A stretch of 64,000 bases of DNA from Dehalococcoidia bacterium (GCA_965204895.1 OZ242025.1:428902-492901), one strand, 5' to 3'. Positions 1 to 9,201 are shown, counted from the first letter of the stretch. The notes: generated by a model not told the origin, from the sequence alone. Numbers and translations are program-made.

Positions 1-112
1 AAGACTACAACAATACCAGTTGGGAAGCAATACCTGCTGCTGCTGTATATCAGGGATTGTGAGAACCGATAGGCCAGGGCTATACCGGCTTAGGGAAACA
101 TCGGCTGAGACC

Positions 113-1051
113 TTACTCCCGAGAGGCCTCCTGGAACCACGCCACGGTGCTCTTCAACCCGTCCTCCAGAGAGAAGTCCGGCTCCCAGCCCAGGCCCTGG
201 CGCGCCCCGGCAACGTCCAGGTATATCTTGAAGACCTCTCCCGGCTTGGCCGGCCCGTACTCGGCGTCCATCGGGTAGCCTGTGATCTCCTTCAGCAGAG
301 AGTAAATCCGGTTGATGGACGAACCCACCCCGGTGCCTATGTTGAAAGCCCCCCCGCTCCCCGCCTCCAGGGCCCTTACGCTGGCCTGCGCTACGTCGCT
401 CACGTGGACAAAGTCCCTCTCCTGCTCGCCCGTTCCGAAGATGGCCACCGGCCTCCCCTCAAGCATAGCCTGGGAGAATATGGCGACCACGCCCGCCTCG
501 CCGAGAGGGTCCTGCCGGGGGCCGTAGACGTTGCCCAGGCGCAGGGTGGTGTAGTCCAGGCCAAATGACTCCCTGTAGACGTACAGGTACTTCTCCACGG
601 CGTACTTGGACACCCCGTAGTGGGACAGGGGCTGCACGGGATGGGCCTCGTCGCAGGGCAGGTAGACGGGATCGCCGTAGATTGCCCCGCCGCTGGAGGT
701 GTAGACAACCTTCCTGACCCCGTACTTGACGCAGTTCTGCAGGAGGTTGAGAGACCCCTTCACGTTGGTCTCGGCATCGACAAGGGGGTCTTGCATAGAC
801 CTCTGCACGCTTATCTGGCCCGCGTAGTGGCAGACGAAGTCCGGCCTCTCCTCCGAGAACACCTCCTCCAGTGACGAAGAGGCTATGTCAGTGGTATACA
901 ACCGCACACCCGCAGGAAGGTTGTTGAGACGTCCCGAGCGCAGGTCGTCGACCACGGCCACGTGGTGGCCCAGCGCCAGCAGCCTGTCGACCACGTGGGA
1001 GCCTATGAACCCGCCGCCTCCCGTGACAAGCACCTTTGAGGCAGGCATCAC
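113..1051 (-). CDS. NAD-dependent epimerase/dehydratase, UDP-glucose 4-epimerase-like (extended SDR)
   Basis: 312-aa ORF. Rossmann motif VLVTGGGGFIGSH and catalytic YxxxK (YGVSKYAVEKY). GalE-like length. Confidence 0.85.
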   Translation of the reverse strand: MMPASKVLVTGGGGFIGSHVVDRLLALGHHVAVVDDLRSGRLNNLPAGVRLYTTDIASSSLEEVFSEERPDFVCHYAGQISVQRSMQDPLVDAETNVKGSLNLLQNCVKYGVRKVVYTSSGGAIYGDPVYLPCDEAHPVQPLSHYGVSKYAVEKYLYVYRESFGLDYTTLRLGNVYGPRQDPLGEAGVVAIFSQAMLEGRPVAIFGTGEQERDFVHVSDVAQASVRALEAGSGGAFNIGTGVGSSINRIYSLLKEITGYPMDAEYGPAKPGEVFKIYLDVAGARQGLGWEPDFSLEDGLKSTVAWFQEASRE

Positions 1052-1126
1052 ACTCGTTCCTTAGCTAAACCATTTCGCTTCATGGCTCAGGAGTATAGCA
1101 GAGATTTACCGAAAAAGATTCCTTAA

Positions 1127-1795
1127 CTACTGCCCTCGGAGCAGGTTGTTCTTCACCAGGTACATGGCCCTCTCCGTCTCAACGACGTCGTCGGGAAGGA
1201 TGTTGGCTCCGCCAAGCATGGAAGACCAGACGAAAATCTGGGCCGCCCTCTCAACAAGCTCGCACACGCCAAGGGCCTGCTCCGGCGTCGCGCCCACGCC
1301 CAGAAGTCCGTGGTTCCTGAGTATCACCGCGCCCCGGTCCTCCAGCGCGATGCACGCCTTCTCCGCAAGCTCCTCGCTGCCGGGGAAGCCGTAGTCCGCC
1401 ACCCTCACCGCGCCTCCAACGGCAACCACCAGCTCGTCTATCACGGGCGGCAGGTCAAGGCCAGCCACCGCCAGAACCGACGCGTAGACGGAGTGGGTGT
1501 GCACAACTGCGCCGACGTCGCTCCTGGCCCTGTACACGCCCACGTGGGTCAGCGTCTCCGTGGAGGGTATCAGTTCACCCTCTACAAGGTCTCCCGCAAA
1601 GTCCACCGCCACAAGGTCTTCACTTTTCATCCGGTCGTAGGGCTGTTGCGATGGCGTTATCAGCAGCAGGCCGTCGCCGCCGTCGCGCTCCAGGCACATA
1701 CTGACGTTGCCACTGGCGCCCGCCACAAGGCCGCCGGAGGCCATTCGCTGCGCCGCGCTCAGCAGCGTCTCACGCTCCGCATTCCACGCGCTCAT
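1127..1795 (-). CDS. class II aldolase/adducin-family protein (FucA/AraD-like)
   Basis: ORF 1127..1894 trimmed to the ATG at 1795 (MSAWNAERE...). GNVS and HTHSVYAS motifs of the class II aldolase fold. The ATG overlaps the hpnE stop as ATGA (1792-1795). Confidence 0.75.
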   Translation of the reverse strand: MSAWNAERETLLSAAQRMASGGLVAGASGNVSMCLERDGGDGLLLITPSQQPYDRMKSEDLVAVDFAGDLVEGELIPSTETLTHVGVYRARSDVGAVVHTHSVYASVLAVAGLDLPPVIDELVVAVGGAVRVADYGFPGSEELAEKACIALEDRGAVILRNHGLLGVGATPEQALGVCELVERAAQIFVWSSMLGGANILPDDVVETERAMYLVKNNLLRGQ

Positions 1796-3162
1796 AGCGG
1801 GCCTGCCCCCTCTCTCCGGGCCACCGCCTGGGCGGCCGTCCGGCCGCTGCGCACGGCCCCCTCCATTGTGCCCGGCCAGCCTGTATCCACCCACTCTCCA
1901 GCCAGAAACAGGTTGGAGATGGGCGTCGCGCTGGGCAGCCGGTGCGCCTCCACGCCGGGCAGGGAGCGGAAGGTGGCGTTGAGTTGCTTGACTATCATCA
2001 GGCGCTCAACCCTGGCGTCACGCGCCCTGGGGAAGACCCGCCTCATCTCATCCAGGAACATCTCCCGTATCTCCTGCTTGGGCATGTCCGCGTACCGCCA
2101 CGCGCCGCTGAGGGATATGCACAGGTACTGGCCCGAATCGTCACCATCGCCGCGCATACGCGTCTTGTTGAACACCCACTGCAAGGGGCTGTCCACAAAG
2201 CCGCAGAAGGCCTCGTCCATCACCGGGCGGTCGTACCAGATGTGGACGTCCACGATGGGCGAGTACGACAGGCCGTTAGCGCGGGCGAAGAAGCCGTCTT
2301 CTGCCAGGTTCGGCGGGAGCATCGCCGTGAGGTCGTACGATGGCAGCGCCGAGACGTACCAGTCGCCTTTGACGACGCCCGCAGAGGTCTGCACGCCGCA
2401 CACCCTGTCGCCGTCCACGGTGATCTCCCTGGCCCCGGCGCCCATCAGCGTCTCCCCTCCCCTGGCCGCCAGGTAGGACTTGACCGCCTCCGAGACCAGC
2501 TCCGAGAGGCCAACCTTCGCATACCCGATTGCAGCGCTGGCCCTGGACTTCAGCACCCCCTCCTGGAAGACCATCAGCCCCATGTCGGCGCTCACCTCCG
2601 ATATGTCGTCGTTCAGGGTGGGCAGGATGATGAGGTTCCAGAACCTGTCTATGGCCGAGTCCGTCTGGCGGTGGCGCTTCAGCCAGCCGGCGAAGGTCTC
2701 CCCTGCCCGGCCTCCACCTTTGGTCATGGAGATTCGTAGACCCCCGTAAAGCGCCCGGAGCTTCTCGCCCCACGACAGATGGGGATAGCTCAGCAGCGAG
2801 GGCAGCAGGTGAAGGGGCGCGGGAAGGCCGACGCTGCGGAGGACTCCCCTCTTTCCGCCGTTGCCAAGGACGGGAACGTCCAGCCTTGGAGGGATATGGG
2901 TGTTGTGCAGGACTCCCAGCCTCCCTAGAAAGTCCATGTAGGCCGTGCAGCAGCCAAGGAAGACGTGCTGGCCGTTGTCTATCTCCTGGTCGGTGTCGGG
3001 GTCAGGGAAGGAGAAGGCCCGGCCGCCCAGGAACGGCCTCTTCTCCATCAGCGTCACCGGGTGGCCGCGGTCGGCGAGATCGCAGGCGGCGGCCATTCCA
3101 GCCAGCCCACCGCCGATAACGACTACCTTCCCGAGGCCCTGGCCGCTATCCCGTTCGCCCAT
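1792..3162 (-). CDS. hpnE: hydroxysqualene dehydroxylase (FAD-dependent amine-oxidase/phytoene-desaturase family)
   Basis: FAD-binding motif VVVIGGGLAGMAAACDLADRGHPVTLMEKRPFLGGR. Sits after hpnC-hpnD. Start set at ATG 3162 (MGERDSG...); the track start at 3288 is an upstream extension overlapping hpnD. Confidence 0.75.
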   Translation of the reverse strand: MGERDSGQGLGKVVVIGGGLAGMAAACDLADRGHPVTLMEKRPFLGGRAFSFPDPDTDQEIDNGQHVFLGCCTAYMDFLGRLGVLHNTHIPPRLDVPVLGNGGKRGVLRSVGLPAPLHLLPSLLSYPHLSWGEKLRALYGGLRISMTKGGGRAGETFAGWLKRHRQTDSAIDRFWNLIILPTLNDDISEVSADMGLMVFQEGVLKSRASAAIGYAKVGLSELVSEAVKSYLAARGGETLMGAGAREITVDGDRVCGVQTSAGVVKGDWYVSALPSYDLTAMLPPNLAEDGFFARANGLSYSPIVDVHIWYDRPVMDEAFCGFVDSPLQWVFNKTRMRGDGDDSGQYLCISLSGAWRYADMPKQEIREMFLDEMRRVFPRARDARVERLMIVKQLNATFRSLPGVEAHRLPSATPISNLFLAGEWVDTGWPGTMEGAVRSGRTAAQAVARREGAGPL

Positions 3163-3995
3163 AGCCTCGCCATAAGCACCAGCTTCTCCCCGGTGCTGAG
3201 ACTCACCCTCTTGCCGAACACGTTGTAGCCGGACGCCTCTATGCGGTCCAGCAGCCGGCTGTATGTCCCGTGAAGCACGGCGGGGCACGCCCTTGACCGG
3301 GGCGACAGCAGAGGCAGAAGCCGTTTGCCATTCCTGAAGTACTCACGGGCCCGCTCCACCTGGAACCTCATCAGGTCTCTGAAGTTGTCGTTCACCCTTC
3401 CCTGGAATATGTCCTCCTCGGAGCAGCCAAAGCGGGCAAGCTCCTCCTGTGGAATGTACACTCTGTCCCGCTCCATATCCTCCTCCACGTCCCGGAGGAT
3501 GTTGGTCAGCTGCATTGCCAGCCCCAGGTCAACCGCGTGCTCCCTGGCGTCCGGGTCGTCATAACCGAATATCTCTATGCAGACCAGCCCCACCGAAGAA
3601 GCCACGCGGTAGCAGTACTCCCTCAGCTCCTCGAAGGTGGCGTACCGCGTTTTGGAGATGTCCATCTCGACGCCGTTAATCACCTCTTCAAGGTACTCCA
3701 TCGGGATGCCGTAGGTGTCGATGGCGTCCTGAAGCGCAACGTACACCTGTCCCTCCGGTCGGCCTGCGCCCGCGCCTGCAAGCAGCGCCCGTTGCTCGGC
3801 CACCAGGCGCAGCTTCTCCTCAACCTCTGTGTAGTCGTCCGTGGCGTCGTCGCACAGGCGGCAGAAGGCGTAGGCGGCGTAGATCGCCCTGCGCTTCTCG
3901 GCAGGCAGGGTGATGAAGGCGTAGTAGAAGTTCTTGGCGCGCTCCTTGGTGAGCCTGCGACAATACTCGTACGCCTGGTCCAGCTCACTGGCCAT
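3123..3995 (-). CDS. hpnD: presqualene diphosphate synthase (squalene/phytoene synthase family)
   Basis: AKNFYYAFITLPAEKRRAIYAAYAFCRLCDDATDD and NILRDVEEDMERDRVYIP Asp-rich motifs. ATG 3995 is preceded by GGGAG; the track start at 4013 is a GTG. Confidence 0.8.
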   Translation of the reverse strand: MASELDQAYEYCRRLTKERAKNFYYAFITLPAEKRRAIYAAYAFCRLCDDATDDYTEVEEKLRLVAEQRALLAGAGAGRPEGQVYVALQDAIDTYGIPMEYLEEVINGVEMDISKTRYATFEELREYCYRVASSVGLVCIEIFGYDDPDAREHAVDLGLAMQLTNILRDVEEDMERDRVYIPQEELARFGCSEEDIFQGRVNDNFRDLMRFQVERAREYFRNGKRLLPLLSPRSRACPAVLHGTYSRLLDRIEASGYNVFGKRVSLSTGEKLVLMARLWANGIAARASGR

Positions 3996-4023
3996 GAACG
4001 TCTCCCATCCCACGGCGGGATGT

Positions 4024-4911
4024 TCAGATTACTCTCTTCAGCTTCATCCTGGCCGCCGTGCTTGCGACAAGCCGCGCCCTGGACACCTTGGAAAGCGTTG
4101 GGCGGCGACTTAGCACGTCGTAGTTCCGGCGCTCTATTGCCTTCAGTATGTGCAGCCCGCCCAGTGTGAACAGGGCGATGTCCAGCCGCACGACGCCCTT
4201 CACCTTGTCCACCAGCCCTGCGCCCTCGTCGAATAGGCCCCTGGCGCGGTCAACCTGGAACCGCATAAGCTCCCTGAAGGAGTCGTCGGCAACCCCGGTC
4301 TGCAGCTTCTCCTCCGTGTACCCAAAGCGCTCCATGTCCTCCTGTGGAATGTAGACGCGGCCCATGTCCCAATCCCGGCGCACGTCCTGCCAGAAGTTGG
4401 TCAGCTGTAGCGCAGTGCAGGTGGCGTCCGCAAGACGCTGCCGCTCCTCATCCCTGTAACCGAACAGGTACAGGAACAGGTGCCCCACGGGGTTGGCGGA
4501 GTGGTCGCAGTAGTGGAGCAGGTCACCGTAGGTCTCGTGGCGATGCGCACGCTGGTCCATGCGGTTGGCCTCAACCAGCTTCAGGAACGGCTCCCTGGGA
4601 ATGTCGAAGCGGCTTATCGTCTCACGGAGCGCCACGGCGATGGGGTGAGTGGGTGTGGAGTCGTAGCAGCTGCGCAGCTCCTCCTCCCACCGGTCCAGGA
4701 GGCTCAGCCGGTCGCCGGGGGACTCGTCCCCCAGGTCGTCTACGAAGCGGCAGAAGGCGTAGACGGCGTAGACGTGGGGCCGCTTCTCCCTGGGAAGGAA
4801 CCACGAGGCCACGGTGAAGTTCTCGTAGTGAGACTTGGCGAGCTTTCGACAATACTCATACGATTGCTCCACGCTCCACCGGCCGCGAGCGTCCGCAGTG
4901 AGGGACTCCAT
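4024..4911 (-). CDS. hpnC: hydroxysqualene synthase (squalene/phytoene synthase family)
   Basis: YENFTVASWFLPREKRPHVYAVYAFCRFVDDLGDE and QLTNFWQDVRRDWDMGRVYIPQED motifs. First gene of the hpnCDE order. Confidence 0.8.
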   Translation of the reverse strand: MESLTADARGRWSVEQSYEYCRKLAKSHYENFTVASWFLPREKRPHVYAVYAFCRFVDDLGDESPGDRLSLLDRWEEELRSCYDSTPTHPIAVALRETISRFDIPREPFLKLVEANRMDQRAHRHETYGDLLHYCDHSANPVGHLFLYLFGYRDEERQRLADATCTALQLTNFWQDVRRDWDMGRVYIPQEDMERFGYTEEKLQTGVADDSFRELMRFQVDRARGLFDEGAGLVDKVKGVVRLDIALFTLGGLHILKAIERRNYDVLSRRPTLSKVSRARLVASTAARMKLKRVI

Positions 4912-4923
4912 GTGGCGCTTCCG

Positions 4924-5367
4924 TCACTCGCCCAGGATCTGGATCAGGACCTCCCTGGGTCGAGGCATATCCAACTCAATGAGAAAGACCCTCTGCCACC
5001 TGCCCAGCTGAAGCTGGCCGTTCACAATGGGTATGTTCTCGCTGGTGCCGAGCAAAAGATGCTGGCAGTGCGCGTGGCCGTTTGGACACTCGTCCGGGGT
5101 CATGTTCACCGTGCGTATGGAGAAGTCGTTGTGCTGGTAGTGGCCGTTGCGGGAGGCCACCTTCTCCAGGAACTCCGTCATGTCGTTAAGGAGGAGAGGC
5201 TCGTTCTCGTTTATTCTGATAGCAGCGGTGGTGTGCTTGGAGTACACTACGGCGAAGCCGTTTTGCACCTCCGAGTCCTTGACGTACCCGCAAATCCCGT
5301 CCGTGATATCCACGAACTCCGGCGCCTTTGTGGTGTCCATCTTGATACAGTAGGTATTTGCTTTCAT
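4924..5367 (-). CDS. yjbQ: YjbQ/UPF0047 family protein (secondary thiamine-phosphate synthase-type)
   Basis: 147 aa. Family motifs VDITD, HTTAAIRINENE and GHAHCQHLLLG. 12 nt upstream of hpnC. Confidence 0.85.
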   Translation of the reverse strand: MKANTYCIKMDTTKAPEFVDITDGICGYVKDSEVQNGFAVVYSKHTTAAIRINENEPLLLNDMTEFLEKVASRNGHYQHNDFSIRTVNMTPDECPNGHAHCQHLLLGTSENIPIVNGQLQLGRWQRVFLIELDMPRPREVLIQILGE

Positions 5368-5459
5368 TACCCTGTCAGTCTCCTTGCCCTAGCTGGTCTA
5401 CCGCAGCTACAGAATGTTAACCTAGCATAACGATGTATTTTTTGCAACATATTTACCAA

Positions 5460-5487
5460 ATTATGCACGATTCCACACATCTAACAA
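5460..5487 (-). promoter_or_regulatory. candidate sigma-70 promoter for the yjbQ-hpnCDE transcript
   Basis: The minus strand reads TTGTTA-N16-(TGc)ATAAT in the AT-rich gap upstream of yjbQ. Confidence 0.35.
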
Positions 5488-5517
5488 ACCAGTGCAGACC
5501 CTGCGAGGACGCCTCCT

Positions 5518-6567
5518 CTATCGCTCGCGAGTCAGAAGGAACTCCACAAGCTCCTCCATCTCCTCTCGAGCGCGCTCCGTAGTCGATACGCTCTGCAGCG
5601 CCTCCTGCGCCAGGGCGGCCTGCTGCTGGGCCAAACTCTCTACGTACTCCGATACGCCCAGCTGCTCCAGCAGCCCCATCATCGAGGCGACGTCCCGGTC
5701 GTCCACCTCCTCCTTGGCGTAGATGGAATTTATCTGCTCCCTCTCTCCGCTCCCGGCCCTCTCCATCGCATACACCAGGGGCAGCGAGTTCTTCTTCCTG
5801 CGCAGGTCGCTGCCAATCGGCTTGCCCGTCTCCTCTTCACGGCCCCAGATGCCCAGGTAGTCGTCACGTATCTGGAAGGCGAGACCCAGGTACCGGCCGC
5901 ACTGGGACATAGCCTGTACGGTCTCCGCATTTCCGCTGCCCACCAGTGACCCCATGTGCATGGAGCAGCGAATCAGCGCCCCCGTCTTCCGGGCGATCAT
6001 CTCCAGGTAGGCGGCGGTGTCCACGTCCGTCCGCCCCTCGAAGTCCATGTCCAGGTACTGACCCTCTATCATCTCCAGGTAGGCGTCGCTCAGCGCCCGG
6101 CTGCACCCGGTCACCACTTCTGCCGACAGCCTTTCGCCGATGACCCGCTGCACGCCCATGTCCGCCATGACCCGCATGACGTTCCCCGCCTGTAGCGCCT
6201 TGGGCTTGCCCCATACGGCCCACACCGTAGGCCGATGGTGGCGCTGCAGGTCGCCGTCCTGGATGTCGTCGTGGATGAGGGAGAAGTTGTGCACCAGCTC
6301 CAGGGCCGCGGCCGCCGGAAGCGCCTGCTCCGGCAAGCCGCCCACGGCCTCGCAGGCGAACATGCAGAGGGAGGGTCGCAGCCGCTTGCCCTGGCTCAGC
6401 GCAGTGGGCCGCCCGCTCTCATCCACCCGGCCCATGTGGTACCTGAGCATTGTGGACACGTCCGGGTCGTTGGGAGCCAGAAGCGCGTCCAGCGCCTCCT
6501 CAACCCCGTCCAGGTACTTGCGCAGAATGGCTGGGGTGGTGTCTATGCGGTTGCCCTGGGCATTCAC
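5518..6567 (-). CDS. polyprenyl diphosphate synthase (FPP/GGPP synthase family)
   Basis: 349 aa. First and second Asp-rich motifs LIHDDIQD and FQIRDDYLG. Confidence 0.85.
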   Translation of the reverse strand: MNAQGNRIDTTPAILRKYLDGVEEALDALLAPNDPDVSTMLRYHMGRVDESGRPTALSQGKRLRPSLCMFACEAVGGLPEQALPAAAALELVHNFSLIHDDIQDGDLQRHHRPTVWAVWGKPKALQAGNVMRVMADMGVQRVIGERLSAEVVTGCSRALSDAYLEMIEGQYLDMDFEGRTDVDTAAYLEMIARKTGALIRCSMHMGSLVGSGNAETVQAMSQCGRYLGLAFQIRDDYLGIWGREEETGKPIGSDLRRKKNSLPLVYAMERAGSGEREQINSIYAKEEVDDRDVASMMGLLEQLGVSEYVESLAQQQAALAQEALQSVSTTERAREEMEELVEFLLTRER

Positions 6568-6690
6568 CGGCTGCTCCCTTCCGTTTGCCGGAGGCTGCGA
6601 CGCCCTACGCGCCTTACCTCTGAAATCGATGCATCGTGATACGATGTATGTATGCTAACAGAGGGCGTGGCGCGTGTCAAGGATGGGATT

Positions 6691-6753
6691 TCATGTCATG
6701 CCGAGCGAGGCATCCAGGCGGGGATGTGGACTCCTGCCTGCGCAGGAGTGGTC
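6691..6753. repeat. REP-like hairpin pair
   Basis: Hairpins atgcc-gagcga-ggcat (6698-6713) and actcctgc-ctgc-gcaggagt (6730-6749). The second matches the attcctgc..gcaggaat family seen at 23472, 54362 and 60989. Confidence 0.6.
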
Positions 6754-6759
6754 GGTAGG

Positions 6760-7995
6760 CTACCCGCCCTCCGCCTCCTCCCCAATGAGGCGCTCTGCGT
6801 AGCCCATGAGCGCCTCTGCCCTCTCCGCCGGCACTTTCGCCGTCTCCAGGTACAGGCGCAGAGCCTCCTGCGGCGACAGCCCCTCCACCCTCGCCGCCCC
6901 CAGCCGCGTGCGACGCTCCCTGGTCACCTCCCGTACTATGGGCGCAACGTAGCGGGCCTCCGACAGCGCAGCCCGCACCTCGCTCTCCCGCAGCTGCGCC
7001 TCCACCTCCTGGGGCATGGTTATCCGCACTCTGACTATCGCGCCCTCGACGTGGCTGCGGCCAATGGCCTTGAGCGCCTCTTCCGTCGGGTCTTCGTCGG
7101 CATCGACCGCCACCTCTATCGTGAGGAAGCGGCGGGCGTTGACGTGCTGAAACCGGAAGTCGACGAGACGCCGGCCCCGGGGCGCGGACGCGTCCAGGTC
7201 GATGACGCAGAAGCCCTTGTCGTCGCCCTCTTCGCCAAAGTCGATGCGCTCCAGGCTGCCGGGGTAGACCACGTGCGGGTTGGTGGAGAGAACCTGGTGC
7301 CTGTGGATGTGGCCCAGGGCAACGTAGTCCAGCTCAGGGCGGGCAAGGGCGCTCTGCATGATGACGGGGTCACGGCCCAGGAGCATGGACTGCTCCGAGC
7401 TTGTGCGGGCGGTGTTCAGGGAGACGTGGGCTGTCAGGACCGCAGGCGCGGCGGGGTCAAGGCTCTCTATCTGCCAGGCCAGCAGCGTTGTGACCCGCTC
7501 CTCAAGCTGCCGGTTAATCTCCTCGATGGTGAGGCTGCGGGTCTCCTCCCTGGCCAGGAAGGCGCTGCGCATTATCCAGGGCAGGGCGACTATCTGCACC
7601 GGGCCGGCGGCGGTGTGCACCACGTAGGTGTCCAGCCTGTCGCCGATGGTGACGTTGGGGACGGAGAGCGTTGGGAAGATGTCCAGGGCCGTAGCGCGGC
7701 TGGCGATGTGGGGCAGGTCGTGGTTGCCCACCAGCAGGAAGACGGGCACGCCCTCCCGGGAGAGGCGGGCTATGCGCCTGGCGAACTCCCTCTGGTGGGT
7801 CTGCGACGGGTCGCGGCTCTTGTAGGCGTCGCCGGCAAATAGGACAAGGTCTACGGCGTTGTCCAGGGCGAAGTCCACCACCTCGTCGAAGGTGGACAGG
7901 AAGTCCATTAGCCGGGCGCTGAGGCCCGTCGACGGGTCGGTAGAGCCGTAGCTCTCGACGCCTATGTGAACGTCCGCGAAGTGCAGAATGCGCAT
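6760..7995 (-). CDS. sbcD: exonuclease SbcCD subunit D (Mre11-type metallophosphoesterase)
   Basis: MRILHFADVHIG..., GDAYK and LLVGNHD phosphoesterase motifs. ATG 7995 with GGGAGG 10 nt upstream; the track start at 8013 overlaps hicA. Confidence 0.8.
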   Translation of the reverse strand: MRILHFADVHIGVESYGSTDPSTGLSARLMDFLSTFDEVVDFALDNAVDLVLFAGDAYKSRDPSQTHQREFARRIARLSREGVPVFLLVGNHDLPHIASRATALDIFPTLSVPNVTIGDRLDTYVVHTAAGPVQIVALPWIMRSAFLAREETRSLTIEEINRQLEERVTTLLAWQIESLDPAAPAVLTAHVSLNTARTSSEQSMLLGRDPVIMQSALARPELDYVALGHIHRHQVLSTNPHVVYPGSLERIDFGEEGDDKGFCVIDLDASAPRGRRLVDFRFQHVNARRFLTIEVAVDADEDPTEEALKAIGRSHVEGAIVRVRITMPQEVEAQLRESEVRAALSEARYVAPIVREVTRERRTRLGAARVEGLSPQEALRLYLETAKVPAERAEALMGYAERLIGEEAEGG

Positions 7996-7997
7996 GG

Positions 7998-8216
7998 CTA
8001 CAGCGCCTCCCACTCCTCCCGGCTGATGCCGGCCTCTCGGAGTATTCGTGTCAAGAATTCCCTACTTATATCACCTCGGTGGGGATTGGGAATCCACACA
8101 CGCCTTTGACCTCGCTGCATATATTGGTGGCGTCCGCCCGGAAATGGGCCTTCAAAGCCTGCGCGTCGGAGGGCGGCAATGAGGTCTGGCCTGGATATTG
8201 GGCCAACGCGCGGCAA
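7998..8216 (-). CDS. hicA: HicA-family toxin (YcfA-like mRNA interferase), copy 1
   Basis: 72 aa; ISRPDLIAALRRAGFEGPFPGGRHQYM...IPNPHRGDISREFLTRILREAGIS matches the HicA pattern. Directly follows hicB, and its stop is 2 nt from the sbcD ATG. Confidence 0.8.
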   Translation of the reverse strand: MPRVGPISRPDLIAALRRAGFEGPFPGGRHQYMQRGQRRVWIPNPHRGDISREFLTRILREAGISREEWEAL

Positions 8217-8459
8217 CTAGGCAGTTACCTTAACGTTGATATCAAGGCCGTCTACAACTGGAACGTCGAAGCCGCGGGAGATAGAGAAGAGCAGCCACTC
8301 ATCCAGAACATCTTCCAACTCAGCGCGGCACTCTTCAAGGGTATCTGCATTGTAGTAGACACCATCAAAACCCGGTATCCTCCCGAAAAAGGAGCCGTCA
8401 TCACTCAGGATTTCGTATTCAGCCTTGGCCATTGCCGCGGCGATGTATTCTCTTACCAT
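8217..8459 (-). CDS. hicB: HicB-family antitoxin (a-type), copy 1
   Basis: 80 aa. MVREYIAAAMAKAEYEILSDDGSFFGRIPGFDGV...TLEECRAELEDVLDEWL is the typical short HicB/UPF0150 pattern. Abuts hicA with no gap. Confidence 0.8.
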   Translation of the reverse strand: MVREYIAAAMAKAEYEILSDDGSFFGRIPGFDGVYYNADTLEECRAELEDVLDEWLLFSISRGFDVPVVDGLDINVKVTA

Positions 8460-8526
8460 GGCTTTCCTCCTCAGTGCAATGCTATCCGGCAGGCGGCGGC
8501 TGTGTACAGCGAGGTTGGAGCGGCGG

Positions 8527-8784
8527 TCAGTCCTCTATGTCTTCTATGGCTTCACCGAACTTAAGATCCAAGCCGTCAAGGACAGGCACGTCTATGCCAC
8601 TGTATACTCGGAAGAGCGCCCAATGCTCCAGAACCTCCTCCAGCGTATTGCGGCACTCCGCAAGCGTCTTGGCGCTGGCCTGTACGCCCTCGAAGCCGGG
8701 GATCTCACCATAGTAGGAGCCATCCTCCGGGAGCGTCTTGTACTCTGCCCTCCTCATGGCTGCGTCCAGGTATTCTCGGATCAT
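8527..8784 (-). CDS. HicB-like protein (b-type paralogue), copy 1
   Basis: ORF 8527..8943 trimmed to the ATG at 8784 (MIREYLDAAMRRAEYKTLPEDGSYYGEIPGFEGV...). Own TACAAT and GGAGG upstream. Confidence 0.75.
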   Translation of the reverse strand: MIREYLDAAMRRAEYKTLPEDGSYYGEIPGFEGVQASAKTLAECRNTLEEVLEHWALFRVYSGIDVPVLDGLDLKFGEAIEDIED

Positions 8785-8827
8785 GGTGTGCCTCCGGGGG
8801 TCATTGTACCGCGAGCACCTACGGACT

Positions 8828-8980
8828 ACCAGTTGAAGTGGAGTTCTATCCCGTCGCCGTCCCAGGGCAATGACTCCACCCACGCCCATACCTCCGAGGT
8901 TTGCTGAGGCCCGTCGACGGGTCGGTGGAGCCGTAGCTCTCAACGCCTATGTGAACGTCAGCGAAGTGCAGAATGCACAT
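8828..8980 (-). pseudogene. duplication scar: first 26 codons of sbcD fused to the last ~23 codons of the 95-aa gene
   Basis: 8903-8982 is 76/80 nt identical to 7918-7997, including the ATG. 8828-8902 translates in another frame to SEVWAWVESLPWDGDGIELHFNW*, compared with the C-terminus of ORF 9775..10062. Confidence 0.75.
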
Positions 8981-8982
8981 GG

Positions 8983-9201
8983 CTACAGCGCCTCCCACTC
9001 CTCCCGGCTGATGCCGGCTTCTCTGAGGACGTCCGCCAACAGCTCTCTTCCTATATCACCTCGGTGGGGGTTGGGAATCCGGACACGCCTTTGGCCTTTA
9101 ATCATGACTTGGTGGCGTCCAGCCGGAAATGGGCCGTCAAAGCCTGCGCGCCGGAGGGCCGCGATAAGACGTCGCCTGGATATGGGGCCAAAGCGCGGCA
9201 A
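8983..9201 (-). CDS. hicA: HicA-family toxin, copy 2
   Basis: 72 aa, 58/72 identical to copy 1 by hand count. Confidence 0.8.
   Translation of the reverse strand: MPRFGPISRRRLIAALRRAGFDGPFPAGRHQVMIKGQRRVRIPNPHRGDIGRELLADVLREAGISREEWEAL

Noticed and set aside
1-112. A possible 3' end of a plus-strand gene at the left edge (frame 1 is open to the TAG at 70-72).
   Set aside because: Only 23 codons are visible with no recognisable motif, so it cannot be supported.
5368-5460. A possible TPP riboswitch upstream of yjbQ (a thiamine-related family).
   Set aside because: I could find no CUGAGA / ACCUGAUCUGGAUAAUGCCAGCG-type elements on the minus strand, only a short 6-bp hairpin.
8785-8943. The N-terminal extension of ORF 8527..8943 (MRATAPPTRRRASANLGG...).
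   Set aside because: It reads through the duplication scar in a third frame. The homologous copy (9488..9736) starts at the internal MIREYLD, which has its own TACAAT/GGAGG.
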